Shown here: positions 1-9,105 of the stretch, in pieces
How positions within the stretch are numbered: the first letter of the stretch is position 1
Layout of the letters: each line of letters opens with the position of its first letter
From: an uncultured delta proteobacterium
GTDB lineage: Bacteria > Desulfobacterota > Binatia > Binatales > Binataceae
Length of the DNA: 64,000 nt
Direction: 5' to 3'
NCBI GenBank assembly: GCA_963808235.1
Contig: CAWEEQ010000004.1
Location: 32,001-96,000 of the forward strand
Translations under genes and position numbers: made by a program
Notes under the pieces: generated by a model
Databases searched by the model: none
What the model was told of the DNA's origin: nothing
Seen by the model: the letters and a program-made list of their open reading frames with translations, nothing else

Positions 1-7
1 TCTCCGT

Positions 8-1195
8 TTACAACCGTAGCGCTTTTAGTCGGTCCACCGCCTCGACCAACCGTTCGCTCGACACCGTAAGCGAAAAGCGAACGTATCCCTCACCACCCTT
101 GCCGAACCCGGAGCCGGGGGTGATTGCGACCCCGGCTTCCTTCAACACGCGCTCGGTAAACGACACCGAAGTGTAGCCACGTGGTACTTTTGTCCAGACG
201 TAGAAAGTTGCGCGCGGCATTTCGCATTCGAGGCCGAGCGCTCTGAGAGCGCCGACCAGCACGTCGCGACGCTCCTTGTAGATTGCGCAATACTCGGCGA
301 GCTTGTCGCCGTCGCCGGCCTCGAGCCCGGTGATCGCGGCCTCCTGCACCGCCTGGAAGACGCCCGAGTCCATGTTGGTTTTGACTTTGCCGAGCGCGCC
401 GATCAACTGCGCGTTGCCGATTGCGAATCCGACCCGCCACCCGGTCATCGAGAAAGTTTTGGACAACGAATGGAACTCGATCGCACAATCGCGCGAGCCT
501 TCGGCCTGGAACACACTCGGCGCGCGGTAACCGTCGTAGGCAATCTCCGAGTAAGCGCTGTCGTGGGCGAGGATGATGTCATTCTTCAGACAAAATTTGA
601 CCGCATTTTCAAAGAACGACAGCTCGACGGTCGCGGCGGTGGGATTGTTCGGATAGTTGAGCCAGAGCATCTTGGCCCGCCGCGCAACTTCCGGCGGAAT
701 CGAGGCGAGGTCGGGAACAAATCCGTTTTCTTTTTTGAGCGTCAGGAAATACGGCTCGCCGCCGTTGAAGACGCATCCCGAGTAATAGACCGGATAGCCG
801 GGATCGGGAATCAGCACGATATCGCCGGGATCGACGACCGCGGTGGAAAAATTCGCGATGCCTTCCTTCGATCCGATCAGCGCACAAACTTCGCGCTGAG
901 CATCGAAGCTCGCGCCGAAGCGGCGCTTGTACCAATCCGCGGCGGTCTGGCGAAACTGCGGCAGGCCTTCGTAGTCGGGGTAGCGATGATTTTCGGGATC
1001 GTCGGCGGTGCGCTTCAGACTCTCGACGATATGACGCGGGGTGGGCAAGTCCGGGTCGCCGATTCCGAGGCTGATTACGTCGACGCCTTTGCTCTGGACC
1101 TCCTTCTTCAGGCGGTCAAGCTCGGCGAACAGGTAGGGCGGCAAGAGACCCAGTCGGGAAGCTGTCTTAATTTGCACCTGTCCTAGCAGCCTCAA
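8..1195 (-). CDS. dapL: LL-diaminopimelate aminotransferase (class I/II PLP enzyme)
   Basis: LPPYLFAELD, LGIGDPD, NYPNNPT and PLP-lysine motif SLSKTFSMTGWRVG; true start may be slightly downstream. Confidence 0.8.
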   Translation of the reverse strand: MRLLGQVQIKTASRLGLLPPYLFAELDRLKKEVQSKGVDVISLGIGDPDLPTPRHIVESLKRTADDPENHRYPDYEGLPQFRQTAADWYKRRFGASFDAQREVCALIGSKEGIANFSTAVVDPGDIVLIPDPGYPVYYSGCVFNGGEPYFLTLKKENGFVPDLASIPPEVARRAKMLWLNYPNNPTAATVELSFFENAVKFCLKNDIILAHDSAYSEIAYDGYRAPSVFQAEGSRDCAIEFHSLSKTFSMTGWRVGFAIGNAQLIGALGKVKTNMDSGVFQAVQEAAITGLEAGDGDKLAEYCAIYKERRDVLVGALRALGLECEMPRATFYVWTKVPRGYTSVSFTERVLKEAGVAITPGSGFGKGGEGYVRFSLTVSSERLVEAVDRLKALRL

Positions 1196-1554
1196 AAGCC
1201 AGTAATCTTACGTAAGTACCATACTTTTTGCACAGTCGAAACTGCCTGCCGTTATAAATCGACGTTCTCCCCCAATGAGAATCCACAGGTGAACCATGTC
1301 AGAACGCGAGTGGTGCCATCATCGCCGGGCCCGTTAGCATTAAATTAACTTGATTAGCGATGGTTGTATTGTTAGAAATTTTAACTATCAAACGCTGGCG
1401 CTTGAGGCGCGTTCAGGTCTATTCAGGAAAAACGCTTTTCATTCTTTTGTGAGAAGCAGGGTCTCTGCGGATAGGTTTTGTTGCTCGGAGATGGGATTCC
1501 ATCTGCCGCGCGTTTCGATGAACTGTTCTCGGCGCCTGTAGTCGATCTTCTGTC

Positions 1555-2076
1555 GTGAGCATGAATCGCATAGTGCTTCCGCTCGCCCTGCTCCTGCTCA
1601 TCTTCGGGGGCGCCGTGATGGCATTCTCACAGCGGCCATGGGCGCCGCGCGCTGATGTCGTTCAGCCGATCCCGTTCAGCCATCGAATTCACGCCGGGGT
1701 CAACAAGATCCCGTGTCAGTACTGCCACGCCTATGCGAGCCGATCGTCGGAGCCCGGCGTTCCAGCGGTCGCGCGATGCGTCGGATGCCACGGCAGCGGA
1801 ATTGCGGGCGGCGGAATCCAGCCGGTGACCCGCCCGTGGACCGACGATGCTCAGCCGCCGTTCGAAATCCAGTGGAACCGGGTGTACACGCTGCCCGACT
1901 TCGTGCGCTTCACGCATCGGCCGCATATCCACGCCGGCATCGAATGCCAAAGTTGTCACGGCCCGGTCCAGACGATGGATCGAATCGTGCCAGTGGTCGA
2001 AATCAACATGGGCTTTTGCGTCGATTGTCATACCCAGCGCAGCGCCACGCTCGACTGCGTCGGATGTCATCACTGA
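1555..2076 (+). CDS. actA: pentaheme cytochrome c, alternative complex III subunit A
   Basis: N-terminal TM helix, QPIPFSHRIH, five CxxCH motifs, upstream of actB/actC. Confidence 0.85.
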   Translation: MSMNRIVLPLALLLLIFGGAVMAFSQRPWAPRADVVQPIPFSHRIHAGVNKIPCQYCHAYASRSSEPGVPAVARCVGCHGSGIAGGGIQPVTRPWTDDAQPPFEIQWNRVYTLPDFVRFTHRPHIHAGIECQSCHGPVQTMDRIVPVVEINMGFCVDCHTQRSATLDCVGCHH

Positions 2077-2079
2077 GGG

Positions 2080-5012
2080 ATGAATCGAATGCGAGACGGG
2101 TTATCCAGACGATCGTTCATCAAGCTGGCCGCAACCGCGGGCGCGGCGGCGGCGATCCCCGGATGCGAACCGGCCGCGCGCAAGCTGATTCCATACGTCG
2201 TGCCCGATGAGAATGTCGCCCCCGGCATCCCGAGTTTCTTTGCGACGACCTGTTCCGAGTGTCCCGCCGGATGCGGCGTCGTCGCGCGCATCAGGGAAGG
2301 CCGGGTCATCAAGCTGGAAGGAAATCCCGCCGATCCGATCGGAAGTGGAGCGTTGTGCGCTCGCGGTCAAGCCGCGCTGCAGGGCCTCTACAGTCCCGAC
2401 CGCGCCGCACATCCGCAAATTCGTGCTGAGCATAGCGCGCTGCGCACCGTCTCATGGGATGAAGCCGGGCAACTGCTGAGTCAGCGGCTCGCCGCGGCGT
2501 CGAAGGCGGGCAAGGACCGGGTCGCATTTCTAGGATCGCCGCAGGGCCCGACCTTCGCGAAAATCGTGCACGCTTTTCTCGGCGCGTACGGATCAGATCA
2601 TCGCGCGCGATATTTTATGAGCCAATAAATCACGAGGCGGCGCGAAGGGCCGCGAAGACACTCTTCGGCAGGCGCGATCTGCCGATCTATCGAATCGACC
2701 AGGCTGAGGTGCTGATTTCTTTCGGCGCGGACTTTCTCGAGACGTGGCAATCGCCGGTCGAGTACGCGCGCCAGTACTCGCTCTTCCGCACCCCGCAAAA
2801 GCGCCGCGGCAGTCTGACCATTGGTCGCGCGACCTACGTCGGTCCGCGGCTCAGCATGACCGCGTCGAAGTGCGACGACTGGATTTCGACCGCACCCGGC
2901 GGCGAGGCTGAGGTCGCGTGGAGCGTGCTGAATGTTGTCCTCAAGAGCCGGAGTCCCGCCGCGAACTCGGGATTCGATATGGCGGCACTTGGCAAGGCGG
3001 TCGCGAATCACGATCCCAGCGCGGTGAGCGCGCGAACCGGCATCCCGGCCGAGACAATTTCGCAACTGGGAGCGGCGATCCTCAACGCGAGCGGCGCGCT
3101 CGCAATCGCCGGCACTGATGATCCGTCGGCGCATCTTGCGGCGATGCTCTTAAACGCGGTCACCGGGAATTTCGGCAAGACCGCGATGTTCTTCGAAGAT
3201 GCTCCCGCCGAAGATGTCAGCACGCCCGACGACATTGACGCGGCGATGGCTGCGATGCTCGACGGCAAGATCGACGTGCTCGTCATCGCGGGCGGAAATC
3301 CGATTTTCACGATGCCCGCGTCGGCGGGGATGGCCGAGGCGATGCAGAAAGTTCCCTTCGTGGTGTGGACGGGTGGCGTGCCCGATGAGACCGCGGCGAT
3401 GGCGAATCTGATCTTGCCGGCGCATCATCCGCTCGAGTCGTGGCGTGACACCGCGCCGCGTGCGGGCGTGCGCGGACTCGGCCAGCCCGTGATGCAGCCA
3501 GTGTTCGACAGCAGGCCGGTCGGCGATATCCTGCTCACCGCGTCCGCCGCGTCGGGCGCGAAACTTCCGTTCGCCAACACTGCGGAGGCCATAAAAACCG
3601 AATGGCTCGGGTTGGCTCCCAAACCCGACGTGACTCAGGAAAGCGATGCTAACGATTTCTGGGTGAACGTTCGCCGCGAAGGAGGACTGTTCGAAGAGCA
3701 ACACGTTGCGCCACTCAAGCTCGATACCTCGACTCTCAAGCCGCCCGCGCCGAGCACTGCATCCACCGAACTTTCCATGTATGCGTACCCGCATATTTTT
3801 CTCTATGACGGGCGCGGCGCCGACAAGACGTGGCTGCAGGAATTGCCCGAGCCGGTCACGCAAATCGTGTGGGACAGTTGGGCCGAGATTCATCCCGACA
3901 CCGCGCGCAAGCTCGGCGTTGCCGAGAACGATATCCTCGAACTGAAGACCGAGCACGGCGCGATCGAAGCGCCGGTGCTGATCGCGAGCACGGTGCATCC
4001 CGGCGTGATCGCGGTGCCGCTCGGACAGGGGCATCGCGCGTATGGCCGCTACGCAAAGGACGTCGGCGCAAATCCATGGACGATTCTGCCCACCGGCAAA
4101 TCCAGTGTCGTGGTAACGGCGCGCGCGACGGCAGTGAAACGCGCGCTGGTCTCGCCACTCGGCAAGAGCGACATGATGGGCCGCTCGATTGTCGAAGCGA
4201 TGAGTATCGAGCAGCTCGCGCGCGGCGAAGTTCCCCGCACCGAGGCCGAAGAAGTCACCGGGCCGTCAGAATTCTATCCCGCGTGGAAATATCCGAAGCA
4301 CAAGTGGGGCATGACGATTGACGTGAACGCGTGCACCGGATGCAGCGCGTGCGTGACCGCATGCTACGCGGAAAACAATGTTCCGACGGTGGGCAAGGAG
4401 GGCGTCGACAACGGCCGAATCATGTCGTGGATTCGGATCGAGCGTTATTTTCCGTCGCCAGAGAAAGCTGCCGAAGCGCCGCAGCTGTACCTCGCGCCGA
4501 TGCTCTGCCAGCAGTGCGATCACGCGCCGTGCGAGCCGGTTTGCCCGGTCTTCGCGTCGTATCACACTGAAGAAGGTCTCAACGGCCAAGTCTACAATCG
4601 ATGCGTCGGCACGCGCTATTGCGAGAACAACTGCCCCTACAAAGTGCGCCGCTTCAACTGGTTCGTGCCCGAGTGGCCCGAGCCGCTTAACCTGCAGCTC
4701 AATCCCGACGTGACGGTGCGCGGCGCCGGCGTGATGGAGAAATGCACCTTCTGCATCCAGCGAATACAGTTCGGCGAGCTCAACGCGAAGACCGAGGATC
4801 GCCAACTGCGCGATGGCGAAATCGTCACCGCGTGCCAGCAGGCGTGTCCGACCCGCGCGATTACGTTTGGCGACATCAATGATCCCGCGAGCGCGATGAT
4901 GCGCCGGCGCGATGACAACAAGCTGCGCAACTATCGCGCGCTCGAAGAACTCAACACCCAACCCGCGATCACTTATCTGCGCGATCTCTATCGCGAGAAA
5001 GGAAAGGCGTGA
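2080..5012 (+). pseudogene. actB: alternative complex III subunit B (molybdopterin-oxidoreductase-like plus Fe-S domain), split by a frameshift near 2602-2609
   Basis: Tat motif SRRSFIK; the 2080..2628 ORF continues in another frame as YEPINHEAARRAAKTLFGRRDLPIYRID into 2709..5012; C-terminal ferredoxin motifs CTGCSAC, CQQC..PC, CENNCPY, KCTFC. Confidence 0.85.
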
Positions 5013-6370
5013 TGGCAGCAGCGCCGAAAGTACCGCTCGAGCCGAGTTACAGCGATATCGATCGCAGCGTACTCAGCATATTGCGGACGCCCGGCATGCT
5101 TTACTGGGCATGGGTCGGGTTCTGCTTCACGCTGGTTGGAATCGCCGGCGCTCTCTGGGCGCGGCAGATCTACTCAGGCCTCGGCGTGACGGGACTTCGC
5201 CAGCCCGTCATGTGGGCGATCTACATTACGAACTTCGTCTTCTGGGTCGGAATCGCGCACTCGGGAACGCTGATCTCGGCGATTCTGTTCTTGTTCCGCA
5301 CCAAGTGGAGGACCGCCGTCTATCGCGCCGCCGAGACGATGACTATCTTCGCGGTCGCTACCGCTGGACTCTTCCCGCTGATCCATCTTGGCCGCGTCTG
5401 GTTCTTCTACTGGCTGCTGCCCTATCCCAACGAGCGCTACCTGCAACCCGACTTCCGCTCGCCGCTGGTCTGGGACGCATTCGCAGTCAGCACTTATCTC
5501 ACTGTCAGCGCGCTGTTCTGGACGATGGGATTGATTCCAGACATCGCCAATGCGCGCGAGGCCGCGGTCGGCTGGCGCAAAACAATATTCACCGTGCTCG
5601 CGATGGGATGGCAGGGCACCGACCGCCAATGGCGTCACTACTCGATGGTCTACCTGCTGATGGCCGGGCTCGCGACTCCGCTCGTGCTCTCGGTCCATTC
5701 GGTGGTGTCATGGGATTTCGCGATGGCGATAAATCCGGGATGGCATAGCACGATCTTCGCGCCGTACTTCGTCGCCGGCGCGATTTTCTCCGGCGTCGCG
5801 ATGGTCATGACGCTGCTGATCCCGATGCGCAAGCTGCTCGGAATCGAAGACCTGCTGACCCCGTGGCATTTCGACAATCTCGCCAAAGTGGTGCTGCTCA
5901 CGTCGCTCGTCGTCTCCTATGCATACATCACCGAAGCCTTCATGACCTGGTACGCGGGCGATCCGATCGAGCAGATGACCTTTCACATGCGCTACTTCGG
6001 GCCGTGGGGCTGGATGTACTGGGTGATGGTGCTCTGCAACTGCGTCATACCGCTGTTGCTGTTCTCGCCGCGCATCCGGGTCAATCTGACGTTGCTCTGG
6101 ATAATCACGATTTTCGTGAACATCGGAATGTGGTTCGAGCGCTTCGTGATCATAGCGGGATCGCTGACCGCGAACTTCGAGCCGTCGCAGTGGGCCAGCT
6201 ATCGTCCGTCGATCACCGAAATAATGATCACGGTGGGCAGCTTCGCGTGGTTCGTCGGTTTGTTCTCGCTGTTCGTAAAATTTTTGCCGATCGTTTCGAT
6301 GACCGAATTGAAAGAGGGAATCGTCTGGCTGCGAAAAGCCCTGAGGAAAGGCTACTCCACCGCTGCATGA
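5009..6370 (+). CDS. actC: NrfD/PsrC-family membrane subunit, ACIII subunit C
   Basis: ITNFVFWVGIAHSGTLISAIL, DFRSPLVWD, WHSTIFAPYFVAGAIFSG. Confidence 0.9.
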   Translation: MMAAAPKVPLEPSYSDIDRSVLSILRTPGMLYWAWVGFCFTLVGIAGALWARQIYSGLGVTGLRQPVMWAIYITNFVFWVGIAHSGTLISAILFLFRTKWRTAVYRAAETMTIFAVATAGLFPLIHLGRVWFFYWLLPYPNERYLQPDFRSPLVWDAFAVSTYLTVSALFWTMGLIPDIANAREAAVGWRKTIFTVLAMGWQGTDRQWRHYSMVYLLMAGLATPLVLSVHSVVSWDFAMAINPGWHSTIFAPYFVAGAIFSGVAMVMTLLIPMRKLLGIEDLLTPWHFDNLAKVVLLTSLVVSYAYITEAFMTWYAGDPIEQMTFHMRYFGPWGWMYWVMVLCNCVIPLLLFSPRIRVNLTLLWIITIFVNIGMWFERFVIIAGSLTANFEPSQWASYRPSITEIMITVGSFAWFVGLFSLFVKFLPIVSMTELKEGIVWLRKALRKGYSTAA

Positions 6371-6885
6371 GTACGATCGCGATCATAGGTTCGTTTTCCG
6401 ATGACACTCGATGCGCGCGAGCGATTGAGGCTCTTCGCGCGGCGCAAATCGGCGACCTCAAAACCTTCTCGCCGATTCCGAGTCATAAAATCGAACACGC
6501 AATCGGCCGCAAAAAGAGCCCGGTGCGATGGATCGTGCTGGCGGGCGGAATCTCGGGTGTGCTTACCGGGCTCGCGATAACGATTGGAACGACTTACGAG
6601 TGGCGCCTCAATGCCGGTGGCAAACCGCTCATCTCGGGGCCGCCGTTTCTCATCATCTGCTTCGAGCTGATGATTCTGCTCGGCGGAATTTTCGGCTTTT
6701 TCGGAGTGCTGGGGCTTGCTGGTCTGCCCGCGACCGAGAGCGCGCCCGGGTACGACGGACGCTTCGGTGGAGATCGGTTTGGAATCGTAGTGCGATGCGA
6801 CGAGACGGACGCCGCGCACGTCGAGTCGATACTGAAGGAATCGAACGCCGAAGATGTCGTACGTGAAGAGGCGCCGCAGCCATGA
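6367..6885 (+). CDS. actD: ACIII subunit D (DUF3341)
   Basis: ATG 6367 overlaps actC stop (ATGA); FSPIP, GGKP, FELMIL motifs, two TM helices. Confidence 0.85.
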   Translation: MSTIAIIGSFSDDTRCARAIEALRAAQIGDLKTFSPIPSHKIEHAIGRKKSPVRWIVLAGGISGVLTGLAITIGTTYEWRLNAGGKPLISGPPFLIICFELMILLGGIFGFFGVLGLAGLPATESAPGYDGRFGGDRFGIVVRCDETDAAHVESILKESNAEDVVREEAPQP

Positions 6886-8099
6886 GCACGACGCTCAAAG
6901 CCGTTCGCGGCGATAGCGATTCCGCAGTGCGGCCAGTCGAGTCGGTCGCCGGCACTACCACGATGGCCGTGGGATGCGTGCTGGTCGCGCTCGGCGCGAT
7001 CGGATTCGCGATCGCGCTGCTGCGCGGCGACGCCGCGACGGCTTGGGAAGCCTACCTGGTCAATCTGCTGTTTTTCCTCGGCGTCGCGCAGGGCGCGGTG
7101 GTCGCGTCCGCGTCGTTCTACCTGACCCAGGCGAAGTGGGGTGGCTCGACGCCGTATCGCCTCGGCGAGGCCTTCGCGCCGTTCCTGTGGGTGGGAGTCA
7201 TTCTGTTCTTCGGCTTGTACTTCGGACGCGCCGCGATTTTTCCATGGGTGACGCATCCGATCGCGCAGAAGGCCGCATGGCTGAACGTTCCATTTCTATT
7301 CGCGCGCGACGGAATAGGACTCGCAGTGATGGCCATCGCGAGCAACGCGTTCGTTCGAATCTCGCGCCGCGACGATGCACGAGCATGGACGATCGCCACC
7401 GACGACATCGAGATGCCGCCGCATTCGATTCGCGTGATCGCTCCGCTGCTCGCCGTGCTGTACGCCGTCGTCTACACGCTCATCGCCTTCGACTTGGTCA
7501 TGTCGCTTGCGCCGGTTTGGAGGAGCACGCTGTTCGGCTGGTACTTTTTCGCGGGAGCGTTTTGGAGCGGTCTGACCGCAATGGCTCTCACAGCGGTCGT
7601 GCTCCGCAAGCAGTTGGGCGCGAACAACCTGTTCATGAATCCCGTTGTGACGCACGATCTCGGTAAAATGGTTTTTGCATTCTCAGTCTTCTGGGTTTAC
7701 CTGCTGTTCGCGCAATACATTGTGATCTGGTACGGCGACCTTCCGGTGGAAACTTTCTTTATCGTCCAGCGCGTCCATCACATGCCGTGGTCGCCGCTCT
7801 CGGTAGCATGCGTGATTCTGATCTGGGCAATTCCGTTTTGCGTGCTGATGAGCGTGCGCGCCAAGCAGACTCCGTGGGTGCTTGGGCCGGTCGCCGCGCT
7901 CGGCCTCATCGGGATGTGGCTTGAGCGATACGTTCTCGTGGTTCCGTCGCTGTCGCTCGACGCGATTCCGTTTGGCCCGACGCAATTTCTGATCACGATC
8001 GGTTTCCTCGGCGCGTTCTTGATTTGCGCAGTGCCTGGATTGAACCGCGTCGCCCAGGCCGCGACCTCGGGCGAACCGGCTGGAGACCTCGTCGAATGA
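6882..8099 (+). CDS. actF: ACIII subunit F (polytopic membrane protein)
   Basis: WLNVPF, DLVMSL.P.W.STLFG, HDLGK, FAQYIVIWYGDLP.E motifs. Confidence 0.8.
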   Translation: MSTTLKAVRGDSDSAVRPVESVAGTTTMAVGCVLVALGAIGFAIALLRGDAATAWEAYLVNLLFFLGVAQGAVVASASFYLTQAKWGGSTPYRLGEAFAPFLWVGVILFFGLYFGRAAIFPWVTHPIAQKAAWLNVPFLFARDGIGLAVMAIASNAFVRISRRDDARAWTIATDDIEMPPHSIRVIAPLLAVLYAVVYTLIAFDLVMSLAPVWRSTLFGWYFFAGAFWSGLTAMALTAVVLRKQLGANNLFMNPVVTHDLGKMVFAFSVFWVYLLFAQYIVIWYGDLPVETFFIVQRVHHMPWSPLSVACVILIWAIPFCVLMSVRAKQTPWVLGPVAALGLIGMWLERYVLVVPSLSLDAIPFGPTQFLITIGFLGAFLICAVPGLNRVAQAATSGEPAGDLVE

Positions 8100-9094
8100 T
8101 CCGCCGTAATTCATCGATACTCGCGGCGCTCGCTCTCGCGGGATGCTCCGCCAAGGGCCGTCCGATGACTACGCTCGCGCCAAAGTCGGACCTCGCCAAT
8201 TGGATCCAGGGCCTGTTCATCCAGGTGACGCTCTGGGACGCGCTGGTGTTTACTATCGTCGTCGTCGCGTTCATCCTCGCGGTGTTTGTCTTCTCGACGC
8301 GGGTCGGTGAAGCTGCGCCGGCCACCACCGCATCATCAGATCTCGGCCTCGAAATTGCCTGGACGCTCGGCCCCGCGCTCATCCTCTTGATGATCACGAT
8401 TCCTACGATACGCACGATCTTCCGCTCGCAACCCAACCTCGTGCCGGCCGGCGGATTACAAATCAAAGTCGTCGCGCATCAATGGTGGTGGGAATTTCAA
8501 TATCCCGACGGTCTCAAGACCAGCAACGAACTGCACATTCCGGTTAACCGCCCGATTCGGCTCGAACTTGAGTCCGGCGACATCATCCACAGCTTCTGGG
8601 TGCCTCAACTCGGCGGCAAGCGCGACGTCGTGCCGGGCCAAATCAATCAGCTTACGTTTATCGCGAACACCGCCGGAATGTATCCGGGACAATGCGCCGA
8701 GTTCTGCGGCCTGTCGCACGCGAACATGCGCTTTCGAGTCTTCGTCGATTCGCCGGATGATTTCGCCGCGTGGGATAAGGCTCAGCTCGCGGGACCAATG
8801 AGCGCGCCGCCGAACGATCTCGCGGCGATCGACGGCGCAAAAGTTTTCGCGAACAGCCCGTGTACCGCCTGTCACATGATCCAGGGCGTGTCGAAGGGAT
8901 ACATCGGCCCCGACTTGACGCATTTCGGCAGCCGCACGACGCTCGCGGCAGGCGTCCTAAAAAATACTCCGGATAACGTCGCCAAATGGATCGCGAATCC
9001 TGGCGAAATCAAGCCGGGCGCGAATATGCCGCCGCTACTGCTGCCCGGCCCGAAAATGAACGCGCTGGTCGCGTACCTCGAGAGTCTGAAGTAG
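8096..9094 (+). CDS. coxB: cytochrome c oxidase subunit II with C-terminal cytochrome c (caa3 type), lipoprotein
   Basis: lipobox LAGC, QWWW, CuA ligands HSF..CAEFCGLSHANM, heme motif CTACH; ATGA overlap with actF. Confidence 0.92.
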   Translation: MIRRNSSILAALALAGCSAKGRPMTTLAPKSDLANWIQGLFIQVTLWDALVFTIVVVAFILAVFVFSTRVGEAAPATTASSDLGLEIAWTLGPALILLMITIPTIRTIFRSQPNLVPAGGLQIKVVAHQWWWEFQYPDGLKTSNELHIPVNRPIRLELESGDIIHSFWVPQLGGKRDVVPGQINQLTFIANTAGMYPGQCAEFCGLSHANMRFRVFVDSPDDFAAWDKAQLAGPMSAPPNDLAAIDGAKVFANSPCTACHMIQGVSKGYIGPDLTHFGSRTTLAAGVLKNTPDNVAKWIANPGEIKPGANMPPLLLPGPKMNALVAYLESLK

Positions 9095-9105
9095 GGAGCA
9101 TCGCC

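Noticed and set aside
1330-1450. FNR or sigma54 site upstream of the ACIII operon
   Set aside because: AT-rich but no full TTGAT-N4-ATCAA or GG-N10-GC match seen
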